This document shows, one piece after another, positions 19,021 through 28,250 of a DNA stretch of 61,852 nucleotides. The notes under the pieces were generated by a model. It saw only the letters and a list, made by a program, of their open reading frames with translations, did no database searches and had not been told where the DNA came from. Within the stretch, counting starts at the first letter, position 1, and each line of letters starts with the position of its first letter. The stretch is taken from assembly GCA_041946735.1 (NCBI GenBank), contig JBHGAY010000030.1, forward strand, positions 1 to 61,852, in the 5' to 3' direction. A program made the position numbers and the translations under genes. The stretch comes from Candidatus Eiseniibacteriota bacterium (GTDB lineage: Bacteria; Eisenbacteria; RBG-16-71-46; CAIMUX01; VGJL01).

Positions 19021-20150
19021 GCGGCCCGGCGCGCCTGGGACCGGGCTGGCGGAGCCCGGCCGGTACCCCGGTCTCGGAGGCCGGGGAGTTCGGGCTGATC
19101 GAGCGGCTGCGCGGGCGCGTGGAGGCGGCCGTGCGGGCGGCGGGCGGGCCGGTGGCGGCGGGCGCGGACCTGGTCCTCGGCATCGGAGACGATGCGGCGG
19201 TCTACCGCCCCGCGCCTGGGCGCGACCTTCTCCTCACCTGCGACGTCCAGGTCCTCGGCCGTCACTTCCGTCCGGAGTGGATCGACCCCCGAACGCTCGG
19301 CCGGCGATGCGCGGCCGTCAACGTCAGCGATATCGGCGCTATGGGTGGATCTTCGAGATTGGCGATCGTCTCCCTGGCCATCGGCCCCCAAATCTCGGTG
19401 GAGGACCTGGAAGCGATCTACGGCGGGATGCTGGAACGCCTCCTCCCGCTCGGGGCCACCATCGCCGGCGGCAACGTCTCCGGCCTCGATTCGGGCCTCG
19501 TCCTGGACGTGACGCTCGTCGGCGAGGTCGAGGCGGGGTGCGCCGTCGGCCGGCGCGGCTCGCGGCCGGGCGACGAGGTCTGGGTCACCGGATTCCCCGG
19601 GGCCGCGGCGGCCGGCCTGGCCTTGCTTGGGATGCCGGAGGGACGGAGGGGCGGCACGGGCGGCGACGAGGCGGGAGCGGAAGCCGCCGTCCTCGCCTAC
19701 CTGGATCCGCCCGCCCGCCCGCGCGAGGGGCTGCGGCTGGGAAGATCGGGAGCCATCCACGCGATGATCGACGTGAGCGACGGCCTCGCGCAGGACTTGG
19801 GGCATCTGGTCGAGGACGGTTCGGCCGGCGCCGTCCTGTGGGAGGAGAGCCTCCCGGTCGGTCCGGCGGTCGCCGCGGCGGCTCAGCGGCTCGGCGTCCC
19901 GCCGCTGGCCCTGGTCCTCTCGGCGAGCGACGACTACGAGCTGCTCTTCACCGTCCCGCCGGAGCGGGCGAGCGAGGCGATCGCCCAGCTTCGATCGGTC
20001 TCCGACGTTCCGGCGCACCGGATCGGCGCGATCGTCGAGGAGCCGCGCGGCGAAGTGCGGGTCGTGAGGCGCGACGGCTCTTCCATCCGTCCCGCCGGAG
20101 CGGGCTGGGATCACTTCCGTCAGGACCGCGGAAGGCGCTCGCCCGGCTGA
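19017..20150 (+). CDS. thiL: Thiamine-monophosphate kinase
   Basis: GEFGLI, GIGDDAA, NVSDIGAMGG, MIDVSDGL, DDYELLFT; ATGA overlap with thiE. Confidence 0.93.
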   Translation: MSGPARLGPGWRSPAGTPVSEAGEFGLIERLRGRVEAAVRAAGGPVAAGADLVLGIGDDAAVYRPAPGRDLLLTCDVQVLGRHFRPEWIDPRTLGRRCAAVNVSDIGAMGGSSRLAIVSLAIGPQISVEDLEAIYGGMLERLLPLGATIAGGNVSGLDSGLVLDVTLVGEVEAGCAVGRRGSRPGDEVWVTGFPGAAAAGLALLGMPEGRRGGTGGDEAGAEAAVLAYLDPPARPREGLRLGRSGAIHAMIDVSDGLAQDLGHLVEDGSAGAVLWEESLPVGPAVAAAAQRLGVPPLALVLSASDDYELLFTVPPERASEAIAQLRSVSDVPAHRIGAIVEEPRGEVRVVRRDGSSIRPAGAGWDHFRQDRGRRSPG

Positions 20151-20240
20151 TCGCAGCGCGGCTCGCCGCCCTACTCCACGCTTCCCCGCAGCCGGCGGCG
20201 CCCGCTATCCTCCCCTCTGCGGGGTTCGGGGAGGGCATCG

Positions 20241-21191
20241 ATGGGACGGCGGGTACCTGCATCGCTCCTGGTCGGCATCTGCCTGGCGGTATCGACCGCT
20301 TCCCCTGCCCTCGCCGCGCGCGAATTCGAGAAGGTCGGGACGGTCGGCGCCCAGTTCCTGAAGATCGGCATCGGCGCCCGCGCGACCGGCATGGCGGGCG
20401 CCTTCGTGGCCGTCGGCGACGATCCTTCCGCCGTCTATTGGAACCCGGCAGGCCTCGCCCGCCTCGACCACGCTTCCCTCTCCTTCAATCACGTCCGCTG
20501 GTTCGCCGGGATCGAGCTGGCGCACGCCGCCTACGTCTTCCACCTCCCGTTCGCGCCGGGGACCTTCGCCGTCCACGCGAGAAGCTTGATGATGGACGAC
20601 ATGCCGGTGCACACCGTCTTCCGCCCGTATGGCGACGGCACGACCTACGATGCGGGCGACCTCTCGATCGGCGTCTCGTATGCGCGGTCCCTGACCGACA
20701 AGTTCTCCACCGGAATCACCTTCCACTACATCGAGTCGACCCTCGCCCAGTGGACGGCGCGCGGCACCGCATTCGACTTCGGCACGCTCTACGACACCGG
20801 ATACCGGTCGCTCAAGATCGGGATGGCGATCCAGGGGATCGGCTCCGACATGGTCTACATCGACGACCCGGTGAAGATGCCGATGATCTTCCGCGTCGGC
20901 ATGGCGATGAACCTGCTCGACCGCTCCGGCCAGCGGCTGACCGCGAGCGGCGAGTTCCAGCATCCGCCCGACAACGAGGAGCGCGCGAACGCGGGGATGG
21001 AGTACGCGCTGGCGGACCGCCTCTTCCTGCGTGGCGGCTGGTTCTTCCGTCACGATCAGGAGCGGTTCTCGGTGGGAGGCGGGGTGCGGATCCCGGGCTG
21101 GTTGGGCCCGGAGGCGCAGGCGGACTACAGCTACACGGAGAACCGCGATCTTCCGGCCGCGCATCGGGTGAGCATCGACTTCCGCTTCTGA
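20241..21191 (+). CDS. PorV/PorQ (UPF0164) family outer-membrane protein
   Basis: FLKIGIGARATGMAGAFVAVGDDPSAVYWNPAGL; C-terminal Phe. Confidence 0.88.
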   Translation: MGRRVPASLLVGICLAVSTASPALAAREFEKVGTVGAQFLKIGIGARATGMAGAFVAVGDDPSAVYWNPAGLARLDHASLSFNHVRWFAGIELAHAAYVFHLPFAPGTFAVHARSLMMDDMPVHTVFRPYGDGTTYDAGDLSIGVSYARSLTDKFSTGITFHYIESTLAQWTARGTAFDFGTLYDTGYRSLKIGMAIQGIGSDMVYIDDPVKMPMIFRVGMAMNLLDRSGQRLTASGEFQHPPDNEERANAGMEYALADRLFLRGGWFFRHDQERFSVGGGVRIPGWLGPEAQADYSYTENRDLPAAHRVSIDFRF

Positions 21192-21271
21192 GCGACCGGA
21201 GGGGCCGGGTCGGACGGGCAGGCGGAGAGGTCGCGCGGGCGGGCAAAACGGACGGACGGGGGGTCTCTTCC

Positions 21272-22105
21272 ATGCGGGTCTTTCTCTCGGTCGATATCGA
21301 AGGGATCTCCGGCGTCGCGACGTGGGATCAAGCGCGCACCGACGGTCCCGACCACGCGCATGCGCGGCGCTGGATGGTCGAGGACGTCAATGCCGCCGTG
21401 CGGGGAGCGATGGAGGGAGGCGCCGGCGAGGTGCTGGTGCGCGACGCGCATGGCCGGGCGCGAAACGTCCTGTTCGATTCCCTGCACCCGCAGGCGCGGC
21501 TGGTGAGTGGATGGGATCCGAAGGTCGACATGCTGCTCGGCCTCGAGGCGGGCTTCGGGACGGTCTTCCTGATCGGCTACCACCCGGGTCCCAGCGTGGC
21601 GAGGGGAGTCCTCTCGCATGCGTTCACGACGCGGATCCTCGAGATGCGGTTGAACGGGCTGCCGTGCAACGAGGCGGTGTTCGCGGCGCTGCAGGCGGGC
21701 ACGCTCGGCGTGCCGGTCGGGCTCGTGACGGGGCAGGAGGAGCTGCGCGAGGAGATCCGCCCCGCGCTGGGCGACGTGCCGTTCGTCTCGACGAAGCGTG
21801 GGCTGGCGGTGCAGGCGGCGATCCTCGAGCCGCGCGATGCGACACACGAGAGGATCGAGGCCGCGTCGAAGGAGGCGGTGCGCGTCGCGGCGACGGGAGG
21901 CGGACCGTCCCCGTTCCGGCCGGACCCGCCGCTGGCGCTCTCGATGGAGCTTGCGAGCGCGGAGGCCGCGCTCGCGATCGAGAACCTCGAGGGGGTGACG
22001 CGGACCGGTGTGCGGACGTGCACGCTCGAGGCGGTCGATGCGCCGCTCCTCGTGCGCCGCTTCTTCGTCGCCCTGCAGCTCCTCTACGCCGTTCGGGAGG
22101 CGTGA
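21272..22105 (+). CDS. M55 family D-aminopeptidase (DppA-like)
   Basis: MRVFLSVDIEGISGV, VRDAHG, IGYH, LSH. Confidence 0.9.
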   Translation: MRVFLSVDIEGISGVATWDQARTDGPDHAHARRWMVEDVNAAVRGAMEGGAGEVLVRDAHGRARNVLFDSLHPQARLVSGWDPKVDMLLGLEAGFGTVFLIGYHPGPSVARGVLSHAFTTRILEMRLNGLPCNEAVFAALQAGTLGVPVGLVTGQEELREEIRPALGDVPFVSTKRGLAVQAAILEPRDATHERIEAASKEAVRVAATGGGPSPFRPDPPLALSMELASAEAALAIENLEGVTRTGVRTCTLEAVDAPLLVRRFFVALQLLYAVREA

Positions 22106-22106
22106 G

Positions 22107-24461
22107 GTGGCGGTGGCGCCTCGCCGGTCGCCTGCCGCCTGCGCCGCTCTCCTGATCCTCGGATTCCTCGCCTCCGCGTTCTTCGCGGCACGGGCGGCCG
22201 ATCCGCCGCCGGTCGCCGCGTTCGACGGGCGCTCCGCCTGGGCGATCGACAGCGTTCTCGCTTCCGCCACGTTCGGAGGACGCCGGTCCGGAACGCCGGA
22301 TGGGCGCGCCGCCGAGGAGTGGATCGCCGCTAACTTCGCCGCCGCCGGCCTCGAGCCGGGCGCCGGCGTGGGGGCGGGGGATGGCGCGGCCGGGCCGGGC
22401 GCTGGCGGCGCCTCCTGGTTCCAGCCGCTCGACGTCTGCGGCCGCACCTCGCGCAAGGCGAGCCTCACGCTGCTCGACGGGCTCCTCGGCGAGGTGCACT
22501 TCGCGCTCGGAGAGGACTTCGTCCCGCTCCTCACTCCCGGCGACGCGAAGGTGACCGCGGAGGCGGTGCTCGCCGGCTATGGGATCGACGTGCCGGAGAA
22601 GGGCCGCGACGACTACGCGGGGATCGACCTGCGGGGGCGGATCGCCGTGATCCTGCGGGGCCGCCCGCAGGACGGGCAGGACTGGGAGCGGGAGTTCTCG
22701 CGGACGCACACCTACGCCGCGGCGAAGAAGCGCGGCGCCGTCGCGGTCCTCTACTGCCAGGAGGGCGGGATGGTGGCCGGCGCCGCTCTCGACCCGGAGG
22801 TCTACGACTCGAGGATTCCGGCGGCGTACGTGTCGGAGCGGATGCTGGGGCTCCTGCTTCGCGAAACCGGATGGACGCTGGAACGGTGGCGGTCCCGCCT
22901 GGAGCAGGGGCCGCAGCCGATCGCAACGTACAAGCGGATCCGCTTCGAGAGCCGCACGCGCGGGCCGGACGTGGCGACCGCGCGCAACGTGCTCGCGCTG
23001 CTGCGCGGCAGCGATCCCGCGCTCGCCGGGGATCTCGTGATCTTCGGCGCCCACCACGACGGGATCGGCGCCGACGCGGCCGGGCGTGTCTATCCCGGCG
23101 CGAACGACAATGCCTCGGGCACGGCGGTGGTGCTGGAGGCGGCGCGGGCGGCTCGCGCGTCCGGATGGAGACCCCGTCGAAGCGTCCTGTTTGTGACGTT
23201 CGCGGCGGAGGAACTGGGGCTGCTCGGGTCGGCGGCGTGCGCGCGGCAGCTTCCGTGGGACTCGACCCGTGTCGTCGCGATGGTGAACGTCGACATGGCC
23301 GGGCATGGGGACGGCGGATTCGGGATCGCGGGCGGATCGCTGCTCGGCCGCGCGTACTTCGCCTGGCGCGAGGGCCTCGACTCGCTCGCGGCCTCGCGCC
23401 TCGAGGAGTACCGGCTCGAGGGCGGACGGAGCGACCACGCCCCGTTCCTCGACCGTGGCATCCGGACGGCGACCGCCTGGTCGCGCGGGGACCATGAGCG
23501 CTACCACGATTACGAGGATCGCGCGGGGTACGTCCGTCCCGAGGTGCTCGAGTCGGCCGGACGGGGCATCTTCTCGCTCGTCGTCGCGCTCGCGGACGAT
23601 CCGCGTCCCGTCGACCTCGCGCGAGGGCGGGAGGCTCGGCTGGCGGCCGACGCGCTCACGATCGACTTCTCGCCGGTCGATCTCGCGGCGCTCCAAGGCG
23701 ATCCGGTGCGAGGGCGCCTCGATGGCGATGGGAGAATGGCCGGGCGCCTCGTCGCTCTCGATCGGTCCCGCAACGGTTCGCTCGATCTGCTCGCTGCGAT
23801 CGGCGAGCTGGACGGGGCGGCGGAGCGGCTCGGCTGGTGCGAGCGCGCGGCGACGATCGAGGAAGCGGCGGGTGCGCGGGATCGGATGACGCTCGCGCTG
23901 CTTCCGGTCGCGCCGGTCGGGACGCTCGACGGGCTGCCCGCCGCGGCGCTCCGGCCACTCCTGCGTGGCGGGCTCGCCGGGGCGATCTGGAGCGGGGCGA
24001 GCGCGGAGTCTTCGCCGCCTCTGCCGTCCGCTTCGCTTTGCGGCGCGCTCGCCGCGGAGCGGCGCTTCCTCCTCGCCGACGGCTCATCCGATTGGCGCGG
24101 ATTGCTCGGCCGGACGCCGGATCTCACGCTTCTCGTGCGGGTCGATCGATCGATGCCCGAGATTCCCGGGCCCCCCGACACGACCGGCGGCGCCGCGTCG
24201 CGCGTGGTCCTCGTCCTCCACGTCGACGGCCTGTCCGATTCCTCGCGGGTGCGCGAGGCGATCGCGCGATGGGGAGGCGATCTCGTGCACCTCGACCTGT
24301 CCTCGGCGCGCGAATCGGGGATCCCGGACACGGAGATCCTGACGTTCCTGCATTGGATGGCGCGGGAGATGAGCGGCGCAGGCGCCCGGGCGGCTGCGTT
24401 GCTGGGCGGCAACCTGCGAGCGATCGCAGAGGACGAAGCGATCGCGGAGGACTCCAACTAG
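22107..24461 (+). CDS. M28 family peptidase with PA domain and a C-terminal extension
   Basis: Signal peptide; GAHHDG, PGANDNASG, FAAEELGLLGS, NVDMAG, SDHAPF, YH. GTG start inferred. Confidence 0.85.
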   Translation: MAVAPRRSPAACAALLILGFLASAFFAARAADPPPVAAFDGRSAWAIDSVLASATFGGRRSGTPDGRAAEEWIAANFAAAGLEPGAGVGAGDGAAGPGAGGASWFQPLDVCGRTSRKASLTLLDGLLGEVHFALGEDFVPLLTPGDAKVTAEAVLAGYGIDVPEKGRDDYAGIDLRGRIAVILRGRPQDGQDWEREFSRTHTYAAAKKRGAVAVLYCQEGGMVAGAALDPEVYDSRIPAAYVSERMLGLLLRETGWTLERWRSRLEQGPQPIATYKRIRFESRTRGPDVATARNVLALLRGSDPALAGDLVIFGAHHDGIGADAAGRVYPGANDNASGTAVVLEAARAARASGWRPRRSVLFVTFAAEELGLLGSAACARQLPWDSTRVVAMVNVDMAGHGDGGFGIAGGSLLGRAYFAWREGLDSLAASRLEEYRLEGGRSDHAPFLDRGIRTATAWSRGDHERYHDYEDRAGYVRPEVLESAGRGIFSLVVALADDPRPVDLARGREARLAADALTIDFSPVDLAALQGDPVRGRLDGDGRMAGRLVALDRSRNGSLDLLAAIGELDGAAERLGWCERAATIEEAAGARDRMTLALLPVAPVGTLDGLPAAALRPLLRGGLAGAIWSGASAESSPPLPSASLCGALAAERRFLLADGSSDWRGLLGRTPDLTLLVRVDRSMPEIPGPPDTTGGAASRVVLVLHVDGLSDSSRVREAIARWGGDLVHLDLSSARESGIPDTEILTFLHWMAREMSGAGARAAALLGGNLRAIAEDEAIAEDSN

Positions 24462-24524
24462 CGGCAGCGCGCCGGCCCGGGCCGCATCTTCACGCGGCTT
24501 CCGGTTCTGATCGCGAGGGTTACG

Positions 24525-24752
24525 CTAGGCGGTCGGAGACTCCTCTTCGTCCTCGCGTCCCGCCTCCGATTCGAGATCGGCGGCGGCGAGATCGGGTTCG
24601 ATGTCGGGTTCGAGTTCGAGCAACCCGGGATCCTCTTCGGGATCGAGATAGTCTTGCCAGTTGGGGCGCTTCTCGATGATCCGGTCGGGCCGCGCGTGAC
24701 TCTTTCTCTTCGGGAATCGCGACCCTTCCCTGAACGACCTGCCGCCTTCCAT
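24525..24752 (-). CDS. Small hypothetical protein (basic N-half, acidic C-half)
   Basis: ATG 24752 after purine-rich AGGAAAGGAAG; fills an intergenic gap; no recognised motif. Confidence 0.45.
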   Translation of the reverse strand: MEGGRSFREGSRFPKRKSHARPDRIIEKRPNWQDYLDPEEDPGLLELEPDIEPDLAAADLESEAGREDEEESPTA

Positions 24753-24968
24753 CTTCCTTTCCTGATCGCCGGTCCGGCCTGGCCGCCGGCTTTCCCGTGG
24801 CGCCTTCCTTTCTCGAGCGTCCCCTTCCGATCGCAGGCAGAGAAGCGAGCGGGGAGAGGCGCGACCCATGCGCGGCCGGTCCGGCGGTCCCTACGAAACC
24901 ACCCTCCGAGTCCGGCGCGAAAACGATAGCATGACGCCCGGCCGGGTCGAAGCGGGAAGGAGGCGGGG

Positions 24969-25931
24969 ATGCGGACGGAGGGATGCCGGATCGGGATCGA
25001 TCTCGGCGGGACCAAGACGGAGGGGGTGCTGCTCGGGAGCGACCCGGTCGCCCCGCTCGCCCGGCGCCGGATCCCGACGCCCCGCGGCTCGGGCTATGCG
25101 TCGATTCTGTCGGCGGTCGTCGACCTCGCCCGGTCCCTGCTCGACGAAGCGGCGGGCGACGTCCCGGGGATCGGCGTGGGGATTCCGGGGACGATCTCGG
25201 GCACCCACCGGCGGGTGAAGAACGCCAACACGACGGAGCTGATCGGCCATCCGCTGGAGGATGATCTCGCCTCCGCCCTCGGGATCGCGGTCCGTTGCGA
25301 GAACGACGCGAACTGCTTCGCCCTCGCCGAGGCGCTCCATGGCGCCGGCCGCGGAGCGCGGTGCGTCTTTGGCGTGATCCTCGGCACCGGCGTGGGGGGC
25401 GGGATCGTTCACGACGGGGTCGTATGGCCGGGAGCGCAGGGGATCGCCGGCGAATGGGGTCACAACCTCCTCGACGCCGGCGGGCCGCCCTGCTACTGCG
25501 GCCGGCGCGGCTGCGTGGAGACCTTCCTCAGCGGGCCCGCCCTGGCTCGCGCCTATCGGGAGGCGGGCGGCGGAACGGGCGGAAGCGCCGATGAAGGCTC
25601 GCGCGAGGGAGGGCGCAACCGCGAGGCGACCGCTCGGGATGTCTTCGAGCGGGAGGCGGAGGGGGATCCGATCGCTCGTGCGGTTCTAGCGGAGTACCGC
25701 AGGCGGTTGGGTCAGGGCCTCGCGCAAGTGGTGAACATCCTCGATCCGGACGTGATCGTCCTCGGAGGGGGCGTCTCCAACGCCCCCGGACTCGCCGAGA
25801 GCGCGCCGGATCTTCTCTTCCCGTTTCTGTTCAACGACGAGAGCACGACCGTCGTGCGCCGCCACGAGCTCGGGGATTCCGCGGGAGTCCTCGGAGCGGC
25901 ATGGCTCGACCCGCGCGAGCGGATTCGCTAA
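24969..25931 (+). CDS. ROK family sugar kinase
   Basis: GIDLGGTK, ENDANCFALAE, GTGVGGG, GEWGH...CYCGRRGCVE. Confidence 0.93.
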   Translation: MRTEGCRIGIDLGGTKTEGVLLGSDPVAPLARRRIPTPRGSGYASILSAVVDLARSLLDEAAGDVPGIGVGIPGTISGTHRRVKNANTTELIGHPLEDDLASALGIAVRCENDANCFALAEALHGAGRGARCVFGVILGTGVGGGIVHDGVVWPGAQGIAGEWGHNLLDAGGPPCYCGRRGCVETFLSGPALARAYREAGGGTGGSADEGSREGGRNREATARDVFEREAEGDPIARAVLAEYRRRLGQGLAQVVNILDPDVIVLGGGVSNAPGLAESAPDLLFPFLFNDESTTVVRRHELGDSAGVLGAAWLDPRERIR

Positions 25932-25969
25932 CGTAGGCGCGGTTCCCGACGTCCGTCCCCCACGGAGGC

Positions 25970-26485
25970 ATGATGAACAAGACCCAGCTTCAGACCGCGA
26001 TCGACGCGGTCCGCACGGCGATCGTGACCGAGATCAAGGGGCTCGAGCTGTACCAGACCGCCGCCGGAAAGGCCGAGGACCCGGAAGTGCGATCGATGTT
26101 CGAAATGCTCGCGGAGGAGGAGCGCCACCACAAGGCGTACCTCGAAGGGCACTATCGCTCCCTGATCGAGTCCGGCGCTTGGGCGAAGACCGAGCTGACC
26201 GTGCCTGATCGCGAGAAGGTCGAGGAGTTCATCCTCGACGATTCGTTCCGCCGTTCGATCCGGCGCGGCACGTTCGAGATGGCGGTGATCGCGATCGCCG
26301 TCGACCTCGAGGCGCGGGCGGTGCAGTTCTACCGCTCGATGGCCGAGACGGCGGACGACGAGGAGACGAGAGGCGTGTTCCAGCAGCTCGTGTCCTGGGA
26401 GGAAGGGCATCACCGCCAGTTCCTGGCGATGGAGAAGGAGGCGCGCGACGCCTATTTCTCCGACCAGCGCTTCTCGCCGATGTAA
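25970..26485 (+). CDS. Ferritin-like/rubrerythrin-family diiron protein
   Basis: Two E...Y...EExH repeats (EERHH, EEGH). Confidence 0.88.
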   Translation: MMNKTQLQTAIDAVRTAIVTEIKGLELYQTAAGKAEDPEVRSMFEMLAEEERHHKAYLEGHYRSLIESGAWAKTELTVPDREKVEEFILDDSFRRSIRRGTFEMAVIAIAVDLEARAVQFYRSMAETADDEETRGVFQQLVSWEEGHHRQFLAMEKEARDAYFSDQRFSPM

Positions 26486-26512
26486 ACCGGCCGCAAGGAG
26501 GATGCGATTCGA

Positions 26513-27238
26513 ATGAGGTTCCATTCGAGGAACAGCCTCGAAAGCCCTATTCGCGCCCATGCCCCTGCGGGGGTCGCCTCATCGGCTCCCGCTCTCGCCT
26601 GCGCCTGCGCGATCGCCGTCCTCGCGCTGGGATTTGCGCTCATGGGCGGCGGGCAAGCGGCGGCGCAGACCTCGGAGCAACAGAAGCAACAGCAAGAGCA
26701 GCAGCAACAGCAGCAGCAACAAGAACAACAACAACAAGAGCAGCAGCAGCAACAACAACAACAGCAGCAACAACAAGAGAGGCAGCAACAACAGCAGCAG
26801 CCTCAGCAGCAGGCACCCGCTCAGGAAGAGAAGCAGCCGGGGTCAGCGCCGCAGGCAGGGCTCGCCGTCGGCGACGGCCGGATCGTCGTGATCGAAGGGA
26901 TCCCGGTCGATGCCCGCTGCTTCGGCGAAACCGGCAAGGTCCAGGGATGCTCACGCCTCCGCGGCGACACCCCCGTCGCGCTCGTGCTGACCGAGGCGAA
27001 CCCGTTGGTCATCGGGACTCCATACGAGATCGGAGAGCCGGACGACACCACGTCCGGCTCGCGCCGGATCTATCCCGCCGTCCTCCTGCTCGCGAAGCCG
27101 GGAACGTTCAAGAACCGCGAGAATCAGAAACTGCGCATCACCGGCTTGAGCGCCTTCCGCGGGTCGGCGGTCGTGCCGAATCTCATCCAGCTTCGCGAGA
27201 AGGACGGGACGCTGAAGGATCTGCAGTTCCGGCCGTAG
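26513..27238 (+). CDS. Secreted hypothetical protein with a polyglutamine tract
   Basis: Signal-like hydrophobic segment, Q-rich tract, then a small beta-rich domain with two Cys; start uncertain. Confidence 0.7.
   Translation: MRFHSRNSLESPIRAHAPAGVASSAPALACACAIAVLALGFALMGGGQAAAQTSEQQKQQQEQQQQQQQQEQQQQEQQQQQQQQQQQQERQQQQQQPQQQAPAQEEKQPGSAPQAGLAVGDGRIVVIEGIPVDARCFGETGKVQGCSRLRGDTPVALVLTEANPLVIGTPYEIGEPDDTTSGSRRIYPAVLLLAKPGTFKNRENQKLRITGLSAFRGSAVVPNLIQLREKDGTLKDLQFRP
26678..26812 (+). repeat. CAG/CAA trinucleotide tract (38 Gln in 45 codons)
   Basis: Directly visible in the sequence. Confidence 0.95.
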
Positions 27239-27283
27239 CAGAGAGGACGCTGCGGGCGCAGGATGCTGTGGCGCCGGCTTCCG

Positions 27284-28132
27284 CTACTCGAGGCCGCGCG
27301 CCTCGAGTTCGTCCTCTTCGAGGCCGAGGTAGTGGCCCAGCTCGTGGTAGAGGGTCATCCGGATCTCGTTGATCAGATCTTCCCTCGTCTGGCAGAGCCG
27401 CTCGAGGTTGCGCTGGTAGATGAAGATCGTCGGCGGTAGCGCGGGCGGATCGAAGACCGACGCCTCCCGGAGATTGCGGCCGACGAACAGCCCGAGGACG
27501 GTGGGGGTGATCGTCTCCCCGCCCGCCTCGACGAGAACGTCGCGGCTCGGCAGGTCTTGCACGACGATCGCGACCTCGGAGAGATGGCGCGTCAGCTCCT
27601 CGGGAAGGCACTCGGCCGCCTCGCGGACGACCTTTTCGAACGCGTCGCGTTGCATGCGGGTCGGAAGCGGATACGATTCCGGATCGGAGCGGAACGCCTC
27701 CTCGTAGAGAGGCTCCGCTTCGGCGTAACGGCCGAGGTGTTCGAGGACCTGCGCGAGCCCGTATTGTACCGGGGCCTTGTCCTCCTCGATTTCGAGAACC
27801 TGGAGGAACAGCTTCTCGGCCTCCTCGAAGCGCGCGAGCTCGAGCATGGTCGAGGCGAGGTAGAAGATGTGGACGTTGGGGCTGTCGACGCGTCCCTCGG
27901 AAGACTGCAGCTCGACGAGCGCCTCCGTCGGATAGCCGCTCTCGAACAGCGCAGCGCCCATGAGGAAGCGGACCTCGGGATGCCCCTCGGTCTCCTCCAT
28001 CAGCTCTTCCGCCTCGGTGGAAGCCAACTCGATCTCGCCGCGCTCGAGCGCGTCCCAGGCATGATCGATCCGATCGAGAACAGAATCGGAAAGTGGCGGG
28101 ATTCGGTTGGATTCGTCCTTCTGTCTTGCCAT
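27284..28132 (-). CDS. TPR-containing zincin-like (Zincin_1) metallopeptidase
   Basis: N-terminal TPRs; LGLFVG...IFIYQRNL...TLYHELGHYLGL. Confidence 0.88.
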   Translation of the reverse strand: MARQKDESNRIPPLSDSVLDRIDHAWDALERGEIELASTEAEELMEETEGHPEVRFLMGAALFESGYPTEALVELQSSEGRVDSPNVHIFYLASTMLELARFEEAEKLFLQVLEIEEDKAPVQYGLAQVLEHLGRYAEAEPLYEEAFRSDPESYPLPTRMQRDAFEKVVREAAECLPEELTRHLSEVAIVVQDLPSRDVLVEAGGETITPTVLGLFVGRNLREASVFDPPALPPTIFIYQRNLERLCQTREDLINEIRMTLYHELGHYLGLEEDELEARGLE

Positions 28133-28250
28133 TCCATCCCCTCGTGTGGCCACGGGCTACCGGGGAAGCATATCCCCGATGCGCCTTTCGGGGAACGCGA
28201 ATGTTGGCTAGTCTCAGGACGCGGCCGCCCGGGGCAGGGAGGAGGAGCGG

